Positions 1-8,948 of a stretch of DNA of 64,000 nucleotides are shown here, one piece after another. The stretch is taken from the NCBI RefSeq assembly GCF_036802725.1, contig NZ_DAIRVT010000002.1; one strand, given 5' to 3'. Position numbers and translations under genes: made by a program. The DNA is from Methanomethylovorans sp. (GTDB lineage Archaea; Halobacteriota; Methanosarcinia; Methanosarcinales; Methanosarcinaceae). A model generated the notes under the pieces. The model had not been told where the DNA came from and searched no databases. It worked only from the letters and a program-made list of their open reading frames with translations. Each line of letters begins with the position of its first letter. Position 1 is the first letter of the stretch.

Positions 1-142
1 AAGTATTTCATAAGCTACTTTTTGAGTCCCCTTGGATCGCATCCGAATATCGATAGGTTTTTATCTGAGTTGGCTTATCGTATATTCGATAATTGCTATA
101 TAAATAGTAACGATTGTCATACAAGCACGGAGAGTAAAAAAT

Positions 143-319
143 ATGGTAGCAGTAATCAATGTAAGCGAATGCGTAGGCTGTGGAACATGTGTTGATGAGT
201 GCCCTGCAGAGGCAATCTCACTGAATGGCGACAACATTGCAGTAGTCGATGCTAATGAGTGTCTGGACTGCGGTGCATGTGTTGATGTGTGCCCAACCAG
301 CGCTATATCAATGGAATAA
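143..319 (+). CDS. 2x[4Fe-4S] ferredoxin, 58 aa (too short for the ORF track)
   Basis: ATG at 143-145 and TAA at 317-319. My translation is MVAVINVSECVGCGTCVDECPAEAISLNGDNIAVVDANECLDCGACVDVCPTSAISME, which has two CxxCxxCxxxCP cluster motifs. The 109-aa ORF in the track (61..390, minus) is its antisense shadow. Confidence 0.85.
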   Translation: MVAVINVSECVGCGTCVDECPAEAISLNGDNIAVVDANECLDCGACVDVCPTSAISME

Positions 320-377
320 AGTATTGACCAATCTTTTCCTATTTTTCTGATCGTTTTCTTTTCTTCGAGGTTACAAT

Positions 378-1409
378 ATGGCAGAGCCAATCAGAGCCGG
401 AATATTGGGTGCTACAGGAGCTGTCGGACAGAGGTTCATACAAGCACTTGCCGATCATCCATGGTTTGAGATCACTTCCCTTGCTGCTTCAGAAAAGAGT
501 GCAGGAAAGAAATACAAGAATGCAGCTAACTGGAGGCTGGATGTAAAACTTCCGGATGAAGTTGCAGATATGGAAATTGTACCTGTGGATCCCAACAAGG
601 TGGATGCAGATGTTGTTTTCTCTGCATTGCCTGCAAGCCTTGCAAAAAGCGTGGAAGCAGATTTCGCAAAAGAGGGTTTTGTGGTGGCAAGTAATGCCTC
701 TGCGCATCGTATGGATAAAGATGTCCCTCTTGTGATCCCGGAAGTCAATGCAGACCACCTTGGACTTATAGAAGTTCAGCAGGATAAGAGAGGATGGGAC
801 GGATATATAATTACAAATCCTAACTGTTCTACGATCATGCTGGTAGCTACACTGAAACCACTCATGAAATTCGGCATCCAGAATGTAAATGTAGCCACAA
901 TGCAGGCCATATCCGGTGCCGGGTATGAAGGCGTGCCATCAATGGCCATCCTTGATAACGTAATACCCTATATAGGAAGTGAAGAGGAGAAAATGGAAAC
1001 CGAACCTCTCAAACTTCTGGGTGAGTTTAACGGTTCAGAGATAGTAAATGCAAATTTCAAATTGAGTGCTGCTTGTAACAGAGTGCCTGTTATGGACGGC
1101 CACACTGAAACAGTATGGATCACCATGAGGGATAATCCAACTCCTGCGCAGGTTAGGCAGGAATTCCTCAATTTCAATCCCAATTTGGGGGACTTACCCA
1201 CCGAGCCTGAACAAGTACTTATAGTAAGGGAAGAGGCCGACAGGCCACAACCTCGCCTCGACCGCAATATGGGCAACGGAATGAGTATCAGTGTAGGACG
1301 CATAAGAGAAGGCATACGTTACGTTCTGATGGGCCACAATACTATTCGTGGAGCAGCAGGTGCCAGTGTGCTCAATGCTGAACTCCTGCACAAGCAGGGC
1401 AAACTCTGA
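378..1409 (+). CDS. asd: aspartate-semialdehyde dehydrogenase (archaeal type)
   Basis: 343 aa. N-terminal [13 protein letters not shown] Rossmann motif, NPNCSTI active-site Cys region, and C-terminal [10 protein letters not shown]. Confidence 0.9.
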   Translation: MAEPIRAGILGATGAVGQRFIQALADHPWFEITSLAASEKSAGKKYKNAANWRLDVKLPDEVADMEIVPVDPNKVDADVVFSALPASLAKSVEADFAKEGFVVASNASAHRMDKDVPLVIPEVNADHLGLIEVQQDKRGWDGYIITNPNCSTIMLVATLKPLMKFGIQNVNVATMQAISGAGYEGVPSMAILDNVIPYIGSEEEKMETEPLKLLGEFNGSEIVNANFKLSAACNRVPVMDGHTETVWITMRDNPTPAQVRQEFLNFNPNLGDLPTEPEQVLIVREEADRPQPRLDRNMGNGMSISVGRIREGIRYVLMGHNTIRGAAGASVLNAELLHKQGKL

Positions 1410-1434
1410 TGACATAAAAAGGTATCGAGAAAAT

Positions 1435-2169
1435 ATGATGCATCGCCTGATCACATTCCTATTTGTCTGTTTGCTGTCGATGGGAGTAATATCAGGCGCT
1501 GTGGCATCAGATGTAAATACTATTTTTGAACTTGAGTTAGTGCCTCTATCGGAGATCATTAAAAATCCAACGGTTTACGATAGTACGATGGCTTATCGCA
1601 AGATAAGCGTTGTCGGAAATATTTCTGAAATAGATAAGCACCTGATCACCATTAACCAGGATAACTATGAACTAAAAGTAGACCACACCAATCAGCAGCT
1701 GTTTGCTGGTTTTAATGTGGGGGACGGTATCAAGCTCACAGGACAGTTTCTCTATGATCCGATGGGAACTAGTATCTTTTACCCTAACTATGTTATGCAT
1801 TATCCCACTGTACAGATGGGTGAGGTAAACATAAGTGCCATTATTTCCAATGCATCAAAGTTTAACGGAAAATATGTTACTGTGACAGGCAATCTTACCG
1901 GAATTAAGCCGACAATGGGAGCATATGTTGCTGATATTTCAAGTCTGGATACTGGTCACAGACTTCGCGTATCTTACTATGGGTCTACTGATCTTGAAGC
2001 TGGGGACATGGTAAGCGTTAGCGGTCTTTTTAACGGTGATGTCCTGTATAGTGGACAGATGGGTAAAAAGCGTCCTCCATTATCTATTAGCACGTTCATA
2101 CCCGGTTTTACGGGTCTTTGGTCCATGTTTATCATTGGATTACTGGTTATATATATGAAGCATGAATGA
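1435..2169 (+). CDS. secreted protein with PGF-CTERM-like anchor; two internal repeats
   Basis: Start moved to ATG 1435 (MMHRLITFLFVCLLSMGVISGAVASD looks like a signal peptide). The C-terminus IPGFTGLWSMFIIGLLVIYMKHE is PGF + TM + basic tail. Repeated segments: ISVVGNISEI / YVTVTGNLTGI. Confidence 0.6.
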   Translation: MMHRLITFLFVCLLSMGVISGAVASDVNTIFELELVPLSEIIKNPTVYDSTMAYRKISVVGNISEIDKHLITINQDNYELKVDHTNQQLFAGFNVGDGIKLTGQFLYDPMGTSIFYPNYVMHYPTVQMGEVNISAIISNASKFNGKYVTVTGNLTGIKPTMGAYVADISSLDTGHRLRVSYYGSTDLEAGDMVSVSGLFNGDVLYSGQMGKKRPPLSISTFIPGFTGLWSMFIIGLLVIYMKHE

Positions 2170-2189
2170 CTTAAAACCTCAAGATCATC

Positions 2190-2894
2190 ATGTTAATTGC
2201 ATTATCAGTTGGAGGGTCCATTCTTGCAAAGGACCTTAGTACTGAAGGTTTCCGCGCCTACGCAGATATGCTCAGGGATCTGGCGAAAGAACACAAACTC
2301 ATAGTTGTTGTCGGAGGAGGCGTTGCTGCAAGAGATTACATCAGGACGGCAAGGAGCCTGGGAGCTAATGAAGCTGAATCTGATTATATCGGTATCTCTA
2401 TAACCCGTTTGAATGCACAGCTACTTATTACTGCGCTTGGAGAGGATGCATATCCGGAGCCTCCTCTCGATTACAAGGAAGCATGGAAAGCTCTTTCTTC
2501 AGGCAAGATCGTTGTTATGGGAGGGGTAATTCCGGGACAGACGACGGATGCTGTAACTGCCATAGTTGCTGAATATCTTAAAGCTGATCTTATTGTTATT
2601 GCGACATCTGTTGACGGAGTATATTCAGCTGATCCAAAGAAGGACCCGAATGCGGTCAAGTACGAGACCATGACCGCCAAGGAACTTGTAAAAATAGTGA
2701 TCTCTACAGAGATGAAGGCTGGTTCCCAATCACCTGTAGACCCCCTGGCAGCCAAGATCATAGAGCGCTGTAATATTAATACAATTGTTATGCATGGAGC
2801 AGATCCTAAGAAGGTGGAGTATGTCATTATGCAGGAAAGCATAGGTTCTATGCCTTCGAAAGAAGTTCATCTTGGAACACGGATCGTAGGATAA
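2190..2894 (+). CDS. pyrH: uridylate (UMP) kinase, archaeal type
   Basis: 234 aa. Amino-acid-kinase fold motifs LIVVVGGG and VVMGGVIPGQTTDAV. Confidence 0.9.
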   Translation: MLIALSVGGSILAKDLSTEGFRAYADMLRDLAKEHKLIVVVGGGVAARDYIRTARSLGANEAESDYIGISITRLNAQLLITALGEDAYPEPPLDYKEAWKALSSGKIVVMGGVIPGQTTDAVTAIVAEYLKADLIVIATSVDGVYSADPKKDPNAVKYETMTAKELVKIVISTEMKAGSQSPVDPLAAKIIERCNINTIVMHGADPKKVEYVIMQESIGSMPSKEVHLGTRIVG

Positions 2895-2909
2895 GTTTCT
2901 GTGGTCAGC

Positions 2910-3968
2910 ATGAAACTTAGAATATTTCTTACTGTTTTTTTCCTTTTTATAACACTGGTCTTTCCTGCTGCAGCTACTGGACAGGTAAGCATCGCTGATA
3001 TGTATGCAAATGGTGATCTATGTGAGGTCACGATCGGTTTTTCAGAGTATATGCGTAATGTGACACTGAGCTATGATCTGATGTTAAGTGATCGATCCAT
3101 AGATTCCAAAGTAGTCAGGCTGGGTGATGTATCCGCAGGAAATTTTACTCTAATTACTTTATGGGAGAGTGAATTGAAAAAGAACATCTATTCTTTTTCG
3201 GTAAGTGTATTTGTAGATGGAGAGCTTGCTGACAGCAGGCAGACAGAATTCGTTCATGGTAATCAGGCATTGCTGGAATTCAAAGTTGCAGGTTTCAATT
3301 CTGATAATAAGGGAGCAGCTGTCGTCATCAGCCCCACTAATATTTATCGTCCTTCCATTGTAGATATGACATTTGAGATCTTCCGGCAGGATGAGTTGAT
3401 ATATTTTGAAACTTTAGAGGACATTTCTGTAATCCAATCCATGGAGAAGAGCATCATATGGCCCATTTTGCTTGACAATGGGCAACAGTATGTCACAGTG
3501 CTGAAGGTCCGCTCCCATGGATCCGATCTTACATCAGCCTATATTTCCATCTTCATGGCAGAGCAGGATGTGGAAATAATGACCGATGATGTAGAAATTG
3601 ATGAATATGGTGCAAGTGTAACACTCCGGGGCATGTCACAGGTGCCTTTCTATGGTAAGGTAGGAATAACCCTTAGCAGCGATCAAAATAGTACATATTT
3701 TGAAGAAGAAAGTGAAGTTCTCACTTTCAACAAAGAGGATACAGTTGGTTTTCTATGGGAAAATATTACAGGAGGAAACTATGCTGTGATAATAAGTGCG
3801 ATCGGCAATGATGGTAAGATCCTCGATAGTTACGAGACTGCCGTGAGGATCACAGAATTGCCCCCGGCCCAGCCGGAACAAACGAATGAGTTATCTGGTC
3901 TGAACATTGTTTACAGCATTACAGTTTTCTTGGCTGCTGTTCTCCTATTCAGTATTAAAAGGGGATAA
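2910..3968 (+). CDS. hypothetical exported protein with C-terminal TM anchor
   Basis: ATG 2910 gives MKLRIFLTVFFLFITLVFPAAATG (signal peptide). C-terminal hydrophobic IVYSITVFLAAVLLFSIKRG. The stop lies 1 nt before the permease ATG, so it is probably the first gene of the ABC operon. Confidence 0.55.
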   Translation: MKLRIFLTVFFLFITLVFPAAATGQVSIADMYANGDLCEVTIGFSEYMRNVTLSYDLMLSDRSIDSKVVRLGDVSAGNFTLITLWESELKKNIYSFSVSVFVDGELADSRQTEFVHGNQALLEFKVAGFNSDNKGAAVVISPTNIYRPSIVDMTFEIFRQDELIYFETLEDISVIQSMEKSIIWPILLDNGQQYVTVLKVRSHGSDLTSAYISIFMAEQDVEIMTDDVEIDEYGASVTLRGMSQVPFYGKVGITLSSDQNSTYFEEESEVLTFNKEDTVGFLWENITGGNYAVIISAIGNDGKILDSYETAVRITELPPAQPEQTNELSGLNIVYSITVFLAAVLLFSIKRG

Positions 3969-3969
3969 G

Positions 3970-5085
3970 ATGCTTGATCTCATCATCAAGAATGTTGTCC
4001 AGCGCAAGGTAAGAACTATGCTGACCATCTGTGGCATAGCTCTGGGCATATTTGCCCTGGTGGTGATGGGGGCTATGTCTGAGAATTTCGGACAGACCTT
4101 TGAAAAATCCATGAGCCTGACAAGTGAGAAGATCAGGGTCTTTGCAGAGAGCGGCATTTTTGGTGGTGGCCTGAGCGAACACAAAGTTTCCGATGTAAGG
4201 CGTGTGGCAGGAGTCGAGGATGCTTATGGAGTGCTTGTCACTTTGTTCGATGAAGACCAATTCGGTATGAGCGGCAAGCAGGTGTTGGGCGTACCACCAC
4301 GGAAATCGAGAAATGTATTAGAACCTGTGGAACTCAAAGCAGGAAGATTTCTTACGGCCGGAGATACGTACCATACAGTGGTAGGAAAGAACATTGCCGG
4401 AGAGTACGGTCTGGATGTAGGTAGCACTCTGGAACTGAACGAGAAAAGGTTTACAGTTGTTGGCATTATGGAATACACAGGTTCTATTTTTGACAGTTAC
4501 GCTACAATACCTCTTGATACAGCTCAGGATATATATACTGCCGAGACCTCCATTACATACATCTTCGTCGAACCGGCACCAGGTGTAGATGCTGAACTCC
4601 TGTCCAAAAGAATAGAGCTGAGCGTAAAAGGAGTAAACACAATTTCTCCCAATGAACTAAAGGAACAGGCAGGTCAATCATTGCTGATATTTAGTGTGGT
4701 TACCATAAGTTCTGCCATTCTTGCAGCTATTATAGGAGGTTTGAGTGTGATGAATACTATGCTTATGTCAGTTGCTGAAAGGACACGGGAGTTCGGCATT
4801 CTGAAAGCAATGGGAGCAGAGACAAAGGACATCATACTTCTCACTTTGGGAGAAGCTGCCCTGCTGGGTGTAATAGGGGGTGTCCTTGGCATCGTTACCG
4901 GAGGCGTAGCAGCATATGCCCTGAATTCATGGCTTGCCTCCAAGGGCATAATATTATTCACAATAACTTACAGGCTGCTTATAGTTGCTATGCTGTTCGC
5001 AACACTCATAGGAATGGCATCTGGAGCATACCCGGCTTACCGGGCAGCCAGCATGAGCCCAATGGAGGCTCTGAGGCATGGATGA
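3970..5085 (+). CDS. ABC transporter permease, FtsX/MacB-like
   Basis: Start moved to ATG 3970 (MLDLIIKNVVQRKVRTMLTICGIALGIFALVVMG). Layout is one N-terminal TM, a large extracytoplasmic domain, then 3 C-terminal TMs. Confidence 0.8.
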   Translation: MLDLIIKNVVQRKVRTMLTICGIALGIFALVVMGAMSENFGQTFEKSMSLTSEKIRVFAESGIFGGGLSEHKVSDVRRVAGVEDAYGVLVTLFDEDQFGMSGKQVLGVPPRKSRNVLEPVELKAGRFLTAGDTYHTVVGKNIAGEYGLDVGSTLELNEKRFTVVGIMEYTGSIFDSYATIPLDTAQDIYTAETSITYIFVEPAPGVDAELLSKRIELSVKGVNTISPNELKEQAGQSLLIFSVVTISSAILAAIIGGLSVMNTMLMSVAERTREFGILKAMGAETKDIILLTLGEAALLGVIGGVLGIVTGGVAAYALNSWLASKGIILFTITYRLLIVAMLFATLIGMASGAYPAYRAASMSPMEALRHG

Positions 5086-5788
5086 ACGAATAGTGCAGGT
5101 AGAAGACCTTTCCAAAACATACATGCAGGGGAAGATCCCGGTAACTGCGGTCCATGATGTCACGTTCACCATCAGTCAGGGAGAACTTGTTGCCATAATG
5201 GGGCCAAGTGGCTCTGGGAAGTCTACTTTGATGGCTCTTGTCGGCTGTCTTGAAAAACCCACAAGTGGCAAAGTCGTGATAAGAGGTCTTGATATCACTG
5301 CTATTCCTGACAGGGAACTTCCAGGGATCAGGCGGAGGATGATAGGTTTTGTATTCCAGCACTATAATCTGTTACCAGCATTGTCAGCTCTTGGGAATGT
5401 CGAGCTTGCCATGAGGTTTTCAGGGGTGACTAAAAAAGAGAGGCTGAAAAGGGCAGAAGATCTGCTTCAGAGACTAGGACTTGAAAAACGGCTGCATCAC
5501 AGGCCAAATGAACTTTCTGGGGGGGAGCAGCAGAGGGTAGCTATCGCAAGGGCTATTGCAAACGGTCCTTCCATAATTCTCGCTGACGAACCTACTGGAG
5601 AGGTAGACAGCAGTACACGAGATAAAATTATCACAATATTCGAGGAATTGAGGCTTCAGGGGCAGACGATCATAATAGTTACCCATGACCCGGAAGTTGC
5701 AAAGCACTGTGACAGAGTGATCCGCATAATGGATGGAACCCTGTCACATGAGGAGAGAAGAGATGATCAGCAATATGCTACAAGGTAA
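5078..5788 (+). CDS. ABC transporter ATP-binding protein (MacB/LolD-like)
   Basis: Walker A GPSGSGKST, signature LSGGEQQR, Walker B IILADEPTG. Overlaps the permease by 8 nt. Confidence 0.9.
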   Translation: MDERIVQVEDLSKTYMQGKIPVTAVHDVTFTISQGELVAIMGPSGSGKSTLMALVGCLEKPTSGKVVIRGLDITAIPDRELPGIRRRMIGFVFQHYNLLPALSALGNVELAMRFSGVTKKERLKRAEDLLQRLGLEKRLHHRPNELSGGEQQRVAIARAIANGPSIILADEPTGEVDSSTRDKIITIFEELRLQGQTIIIVTHDPEVAKHCDRVIRIMDGTLSHEERRDDQQYATR

Positions 5789-6078
5789 GCTGTGTCTTCT
5801 GCCTTCTTCTCAGTTTCCACAGTGGTAGAAGGGTTTGTTTTAGCCTTTGATCCCTTCAATGCTTCCAGATTCATTTCCAATTGTTGGATCTGCATCTTTG
5901 CCCTTTGTACCTTCTCATTTTCAGCTTTCAGCTTTTCCAGAAGTTCTGCCTTCCTTTCTTCACTAATGTTTGAATCTGATATTTGCTTCTGGTACTGCTG
6001 GGATACTTGAGCATATTTCTTGAACATTTCGTGGAGAGTATCAAGGTTCTTTTCCAGATCCATTATAGTCTTGTCCAT
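5767..6078 (-). CDS. hypothetical coiled-coil protein (103 aa)
   Basis: Heptad-rich, K/E/Q-rich sequence. GAAGGAAG SD-like motif upstream of the ATG. Convergently overlaps the ABC ATPase 3' end by 22 nt. Confidence 0.4.
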   Translation of the reverse strand: MDKTIMDLEKNLDTLHEMFKKYAQVSQQYQKQISDSNISEERKAELLEKLKAENEKVQRAKMQIQQLEMNLEALKGSKAKTNPSTTVETEKKAEDTAYLVAYC

Positions 6079-6319
6079 GCCGGTCGCTTCCTTCGTTTTT
6101 TGAACTTATTTTGGTTATCTGCGGCTTATATTTGGTTCTAAGCTCTAGTTAAAAAAAGAATGATTATCTATATATAGATTTCTACACAACAGTGTATACT
6201 CATTGTCATAATGATGAGTGAACTTTTCTTATCTTCTTTAATAGACAGTGGATATGGGAAATGAAAATAAACAATATGTAAAAATAAAAAAGAGTGAAAA
6301 ATAGTATATGATAAAAATC

Positions 6320-6874
6320 TTAACAAATTCCTTCCGAACCCTCGCATAGCTGCAGTATTGCAGCTTCCGGGTGTGAATGTATCACTTCATTGAGCTGCTT
6401 TTTGCAATCAGTTGGAATGTTCGACAATGTACTATCCTTTTCGACGAAATCTATTATGGATTCATTCTCTGTTAGCTCTATAACATCGAAATCGTTTACC
6501 ATTAACATTACTTCCAGGATAGCCCTCTTTATTGAATTCTCATCTTCGTTTTGTGCACTGATGACAGCTTTATCATGGTGTTTGAGTTCAGCATGCATCT
6601 TTTCGATTTCCGGAGCAAGGGCCTCCATGCCTGCCTTCATGGCTGCTGCTGCAGCAAGTACCTGGACAAGTACTACTTCATCAGACTCGAACATGTCTCC
6701 TATCTCCTTCATAGCTGCTATGCATCCTTCATCGGCAAGTACCACAGGATCTATTCCTTTCTGTATACCTTCTGTTACAGCCGATTTTACTGCCTTTTCA
6801 TCAAATTCATGGATCGATTTTTTTATCCTGAAAAGGATATTATCTTTTGTTTTTTCCAGATCAGTTTTTAGCAC
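6320..6874 (-). CDS. corrinoid-protein-like protein: B12-binding cap domain plus a truncated, His-less Rossmann segment
   Basis: DEKAVKSAVTEGIQKGIDPVVL...GDMFESDEVVLVQVLAAAAAMKAGMEAL resembles the helical cap of MtaC/MtbC-type corrinoid proteins. Where DxHxxG is expected the sequence reads DENSIK. Start set to GTG 6874 because GGGAGGT sits 6 nt upstream. The track's TTG 6934 and the ATG 6925 are alternatives. Confidence 0.6.
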   Translation of the reverse strand: MLKTDLEKTKDNILFRIKKSIHEFDEKAVKSAVTEGIQKGIDPVVLADEGCIAAMKEIGDMFESDEVVLVQVLAAAAAMKAGMEALAPEIEKMHAELKHHDKAVISAQNEDENSIKRAILEVMLMVNDFDVIELTENESIIDFVEKDSTLSNIPTDCKKQLNEVIHSHPEAAILQLCEGSEGIC

Positions 6875-7121
6875 ACTAATACCTCCCGCGTTCCCCTCAA
6901 TGGTAAGGCAGGAACATTGTAACATATTGCACAAAAACTAAGATGTATTTATATTTTGCGAGTCCCGGATGATAAATCATTATTAATATGATGGTTTTAA
7001 TAAAAACAGAAAATTATATTTGTATATGTATTTTAATCAAACAAAATCATAACAAAAGTAGAATACTGATCTTTTTTGTTGATATCAGTGAACAGATCGT
7101 TCATTATAAGGAAATAAATGT

Positions 7122-7147
7122 CAATACCTGCGCAATTGCAGGTATTG
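7122..7147 (-). terminator. perfect 10-bp stem / 6-nt loop hairpin directly 3' of leuB
   Basis: CAATACCTGC-gcaatt-GCAGGTATTG at 7122-7147, 4 nt after the leuB stop (7152-7154). Followed on the transcript by the T-rich ACATTTATTTCC. Confidence 0.4.
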
Positions 7148-7151
7148 GATC

Positions 7152-8279
7152 TTACATAGAAGAAACTATTCTTGCAATATCGTTACCTACATCGGATGTG
7201 GTTGATGTACCACCCATATCATAGGTCTTTACCTTACTGTCAAGGATGTTCTTTTCAATAGCAGCAACTATAGCATCTGCTGCATCTTTTTCTCCAAGCT
7301 GTTCCAGCATAAGGGAACCTGCCCAGATCGTAGCTATAGGGTTTACCTTATTTTGTCCCTTGTACTTTGGTGCAGAACCATGTATTGGCTCGAACATACT
7401 CGTACCCTCGGGATTAATATTGCCTCCCGGAGCGAGTCCAAGACCGCCCTGTACCATTGCGCCGAGGTCTGTGATTATGTCACCAAACATGTTAGGAGTG
7501 ACAACTACATCGAACCATTCCGGGTTTTTCACAAACCACATGGTAATTGCATCCACATAGTTAAAGTCGGTTGTTATTTCTGGATATCCCGAGGCTATGT
7601 CCTGGAACTCCTGTCTCCAAAACCCATATATATCGGAAAGTACATTCGCCTTGTCCACTGAGGATACGTGTTTCTTTCTTTTCATAGCAAGATCAAAAGC
7701 GTATTTGATCACTCTGCGGGTTCCTTCCTTTGAGATCATTCCTATCTGGTAAGCGATCTCTTCACTATCTGTTTCAATGTCTAGGCCGAACTTAGCAGAA
7801 TACAGGTTTCTTTCAACCTCGAGCAGGTTCTTGCTGACTCCCTTTTTAGCTTTTCCGCCAATGCCTATGTAGAAATCTTCAGTGTTCTCTCTTACCACAG
7901 TGAAATCTATGTCTTTTGGGGTCTTGTCTTTTACAGGTGTCCACACACCCTCAAGCAATTTTATGGGCCTGAGGTTCACGTACTGGTCGAAATAGAACCT
8001 TGCTGCCAGAAGAATCCCTTTTTCCAGAACCCCCGGAGCAACTCTTGGATCTCCGATAGAACCAAGGTATATCACAGGGTAATTGGAGAGTTCTTTGAGC
8101 GTATCGGAGGAGATCAATTCTCCGGTTTCAAGGTAATGATCTGCTCCATGGGGGAAATCCACCCATTCAACATCGAACCCGAATTTCTCGCCTGCTGCAT
8201 CTATAACCTTCTTACCTTCAGCAACTATCTCTGGCCCGATACCATCGCCGGGTATAGCTGGAATCTTATACTGTGTCAT
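7152..8279 (-). CDS. leuB: 3-isopropylmalate dehydrogenase (isocitrate/isopropylmalate/tartrate DH family)
   Basis: 375 aa. [34 protein letters not shown] and [10 protein letters not shown] are beta-decarboxylating dehydrogenase signatures. Adjacent to a leuD-like gene. A homoisocitrate or tartrate DH function is not excluded. Confidence 0.75.
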   Translation of the reverse strand: MTQYKIPAIPGDGIGPEIVAEGKKVIDAAGEKFGFDVEWVDFPHGADHYLETGELISSDTLKELSNYPVIYLGSIGDPRVAPGVLEKGILLAARFYFDQYVNLRPIKLLEGVWTPVKDKTPKDIDFTVVRENTEDFYIGIGGKAKKGVSKNLLEVERNLYSAKFGLDIETDSEEIAYQIGMISKEGTRRVIKYAFDLAMKRKKHVSSVDKANVLSDIYGFWRQEFQDIASGYPEITTDFNYVDAITMWFVKNPEWFDVVVTPNMFGDIITDLGAMVQGGLGLAPGGNINPEGTSMFEPIHGSAPKYKGQNKVNPIATIWAGSLMLEQLGEKDAADAIVAAIEKNILDSKVKTYDMGGTSTTSDVGNDIARIVSSM

Positions 8280-8315
8280 GTTCCTTCCTTTTAAAACCGA
8301 TATTTGTCTTTGTAT

Positions 8316-8798
8316 TTACCTTACCATTTTTTTGGCATATTCTATCAGCCCGCCGGAATCCACGATCCCCCTCACGAAATCCGGTAGTGGGGTGGCTTGG
8401 TACTGCTCATCCTTTGAAATATTCTTAATGATCCCCGTGCTAAGGTCTACCTCAAGGATATCTCCATCATCTATTCTGTCGGTATCAGGGCATTCCAAAA
8501 GTGGAACTCCTATATTGATGGCATTCCTGAAAAATATGCGAGCAAAAGATTTTGCTATAACACAGCCTATCTTTGTTCCTTTTAGCGCCAAAGGCGCATG
8601 TTCTCTCGAAGATCCGCAGCCAAAATTATTGCCAGCAACAATTATATCGTTCTCTTTCACCTGCTTTGGGAACTCCGGCCTCACACCCTCAAAAGCGTGG
8701 GCTGCAAGTTCTTTGGGTGTGTTCATTATAAGATACCTGCCCGGGATCACAGCATCGGTATCAATATCATCACCAAATTTCCAAACTTTTCCTTTCAT
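8316..8798 (-). CDS. leuD: 3-isopropylmalate dehydratase small subunit
   Basis: 160 aa aconitase swivel domain (DIDTDAVIPGRYL, GCGSSREHA). The loop reads YLIM. As I recall, methanogen isopropylmalate isomerases have YLVM here and homoaconitases have YLRT. Confidence 0.75.
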   Translation of the reverse strand: MKGKVWKFGDDIDTDAVIPGRYLIMNTPKELAAHAFEGVRPEFPKQVKENDIIVAGNNFGCGSSREHAPLALKGTKIGCVIAKSFARIFFRNAINIGVPLLECPDTDRIDDGDILEVDLSTGIIKNISKDEQYQATPLPDFVRGIVDSGGLIEYAKKMVR

Positions 8799-8948
8799 GT
8801 TATCACAGCCAGACGAATTATAATATTATCAATGATAGTGTCATTCTTTCAGCTTTATAGTAACTGACATCAACTACCTAAATACAATAATCCTAAATAA
8901 TACTAATGTAAAGGGAATGATAATTCATACATCCGGCCAGGATAATAG

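Noticed and set aside
61-390. 109-aa minus-strand ORF at the window start
   Set aside because: It is the antisense reading of the 58-aa ferredoxin gene (143-319): Cys codons read backwards give the His/Thr/Ala-rich sequence. It would also overlap the asd start, and it has no recognisable motif.
6211-6217. ATGATGA (C-box-like) in the 6079-6319 intergenic region
   Set aside because: There is no CTGA D-box within ~60 nt downstream on the same strand and no terminal stem. A C/D sRNA call is not supported.
6390-6941. 183-aa plus-strand ORF
   Set aside because: Fully antisense to the corrinoid-like gene, which has real family similarity. The sequence is low-complexity and S/F-rich.
8278-8823. 181-aa plus-strand ORF
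   Set aside because: Antisense to leuD, with no motif. The minus-strand product has clear aconitase swivel-domain signatures.
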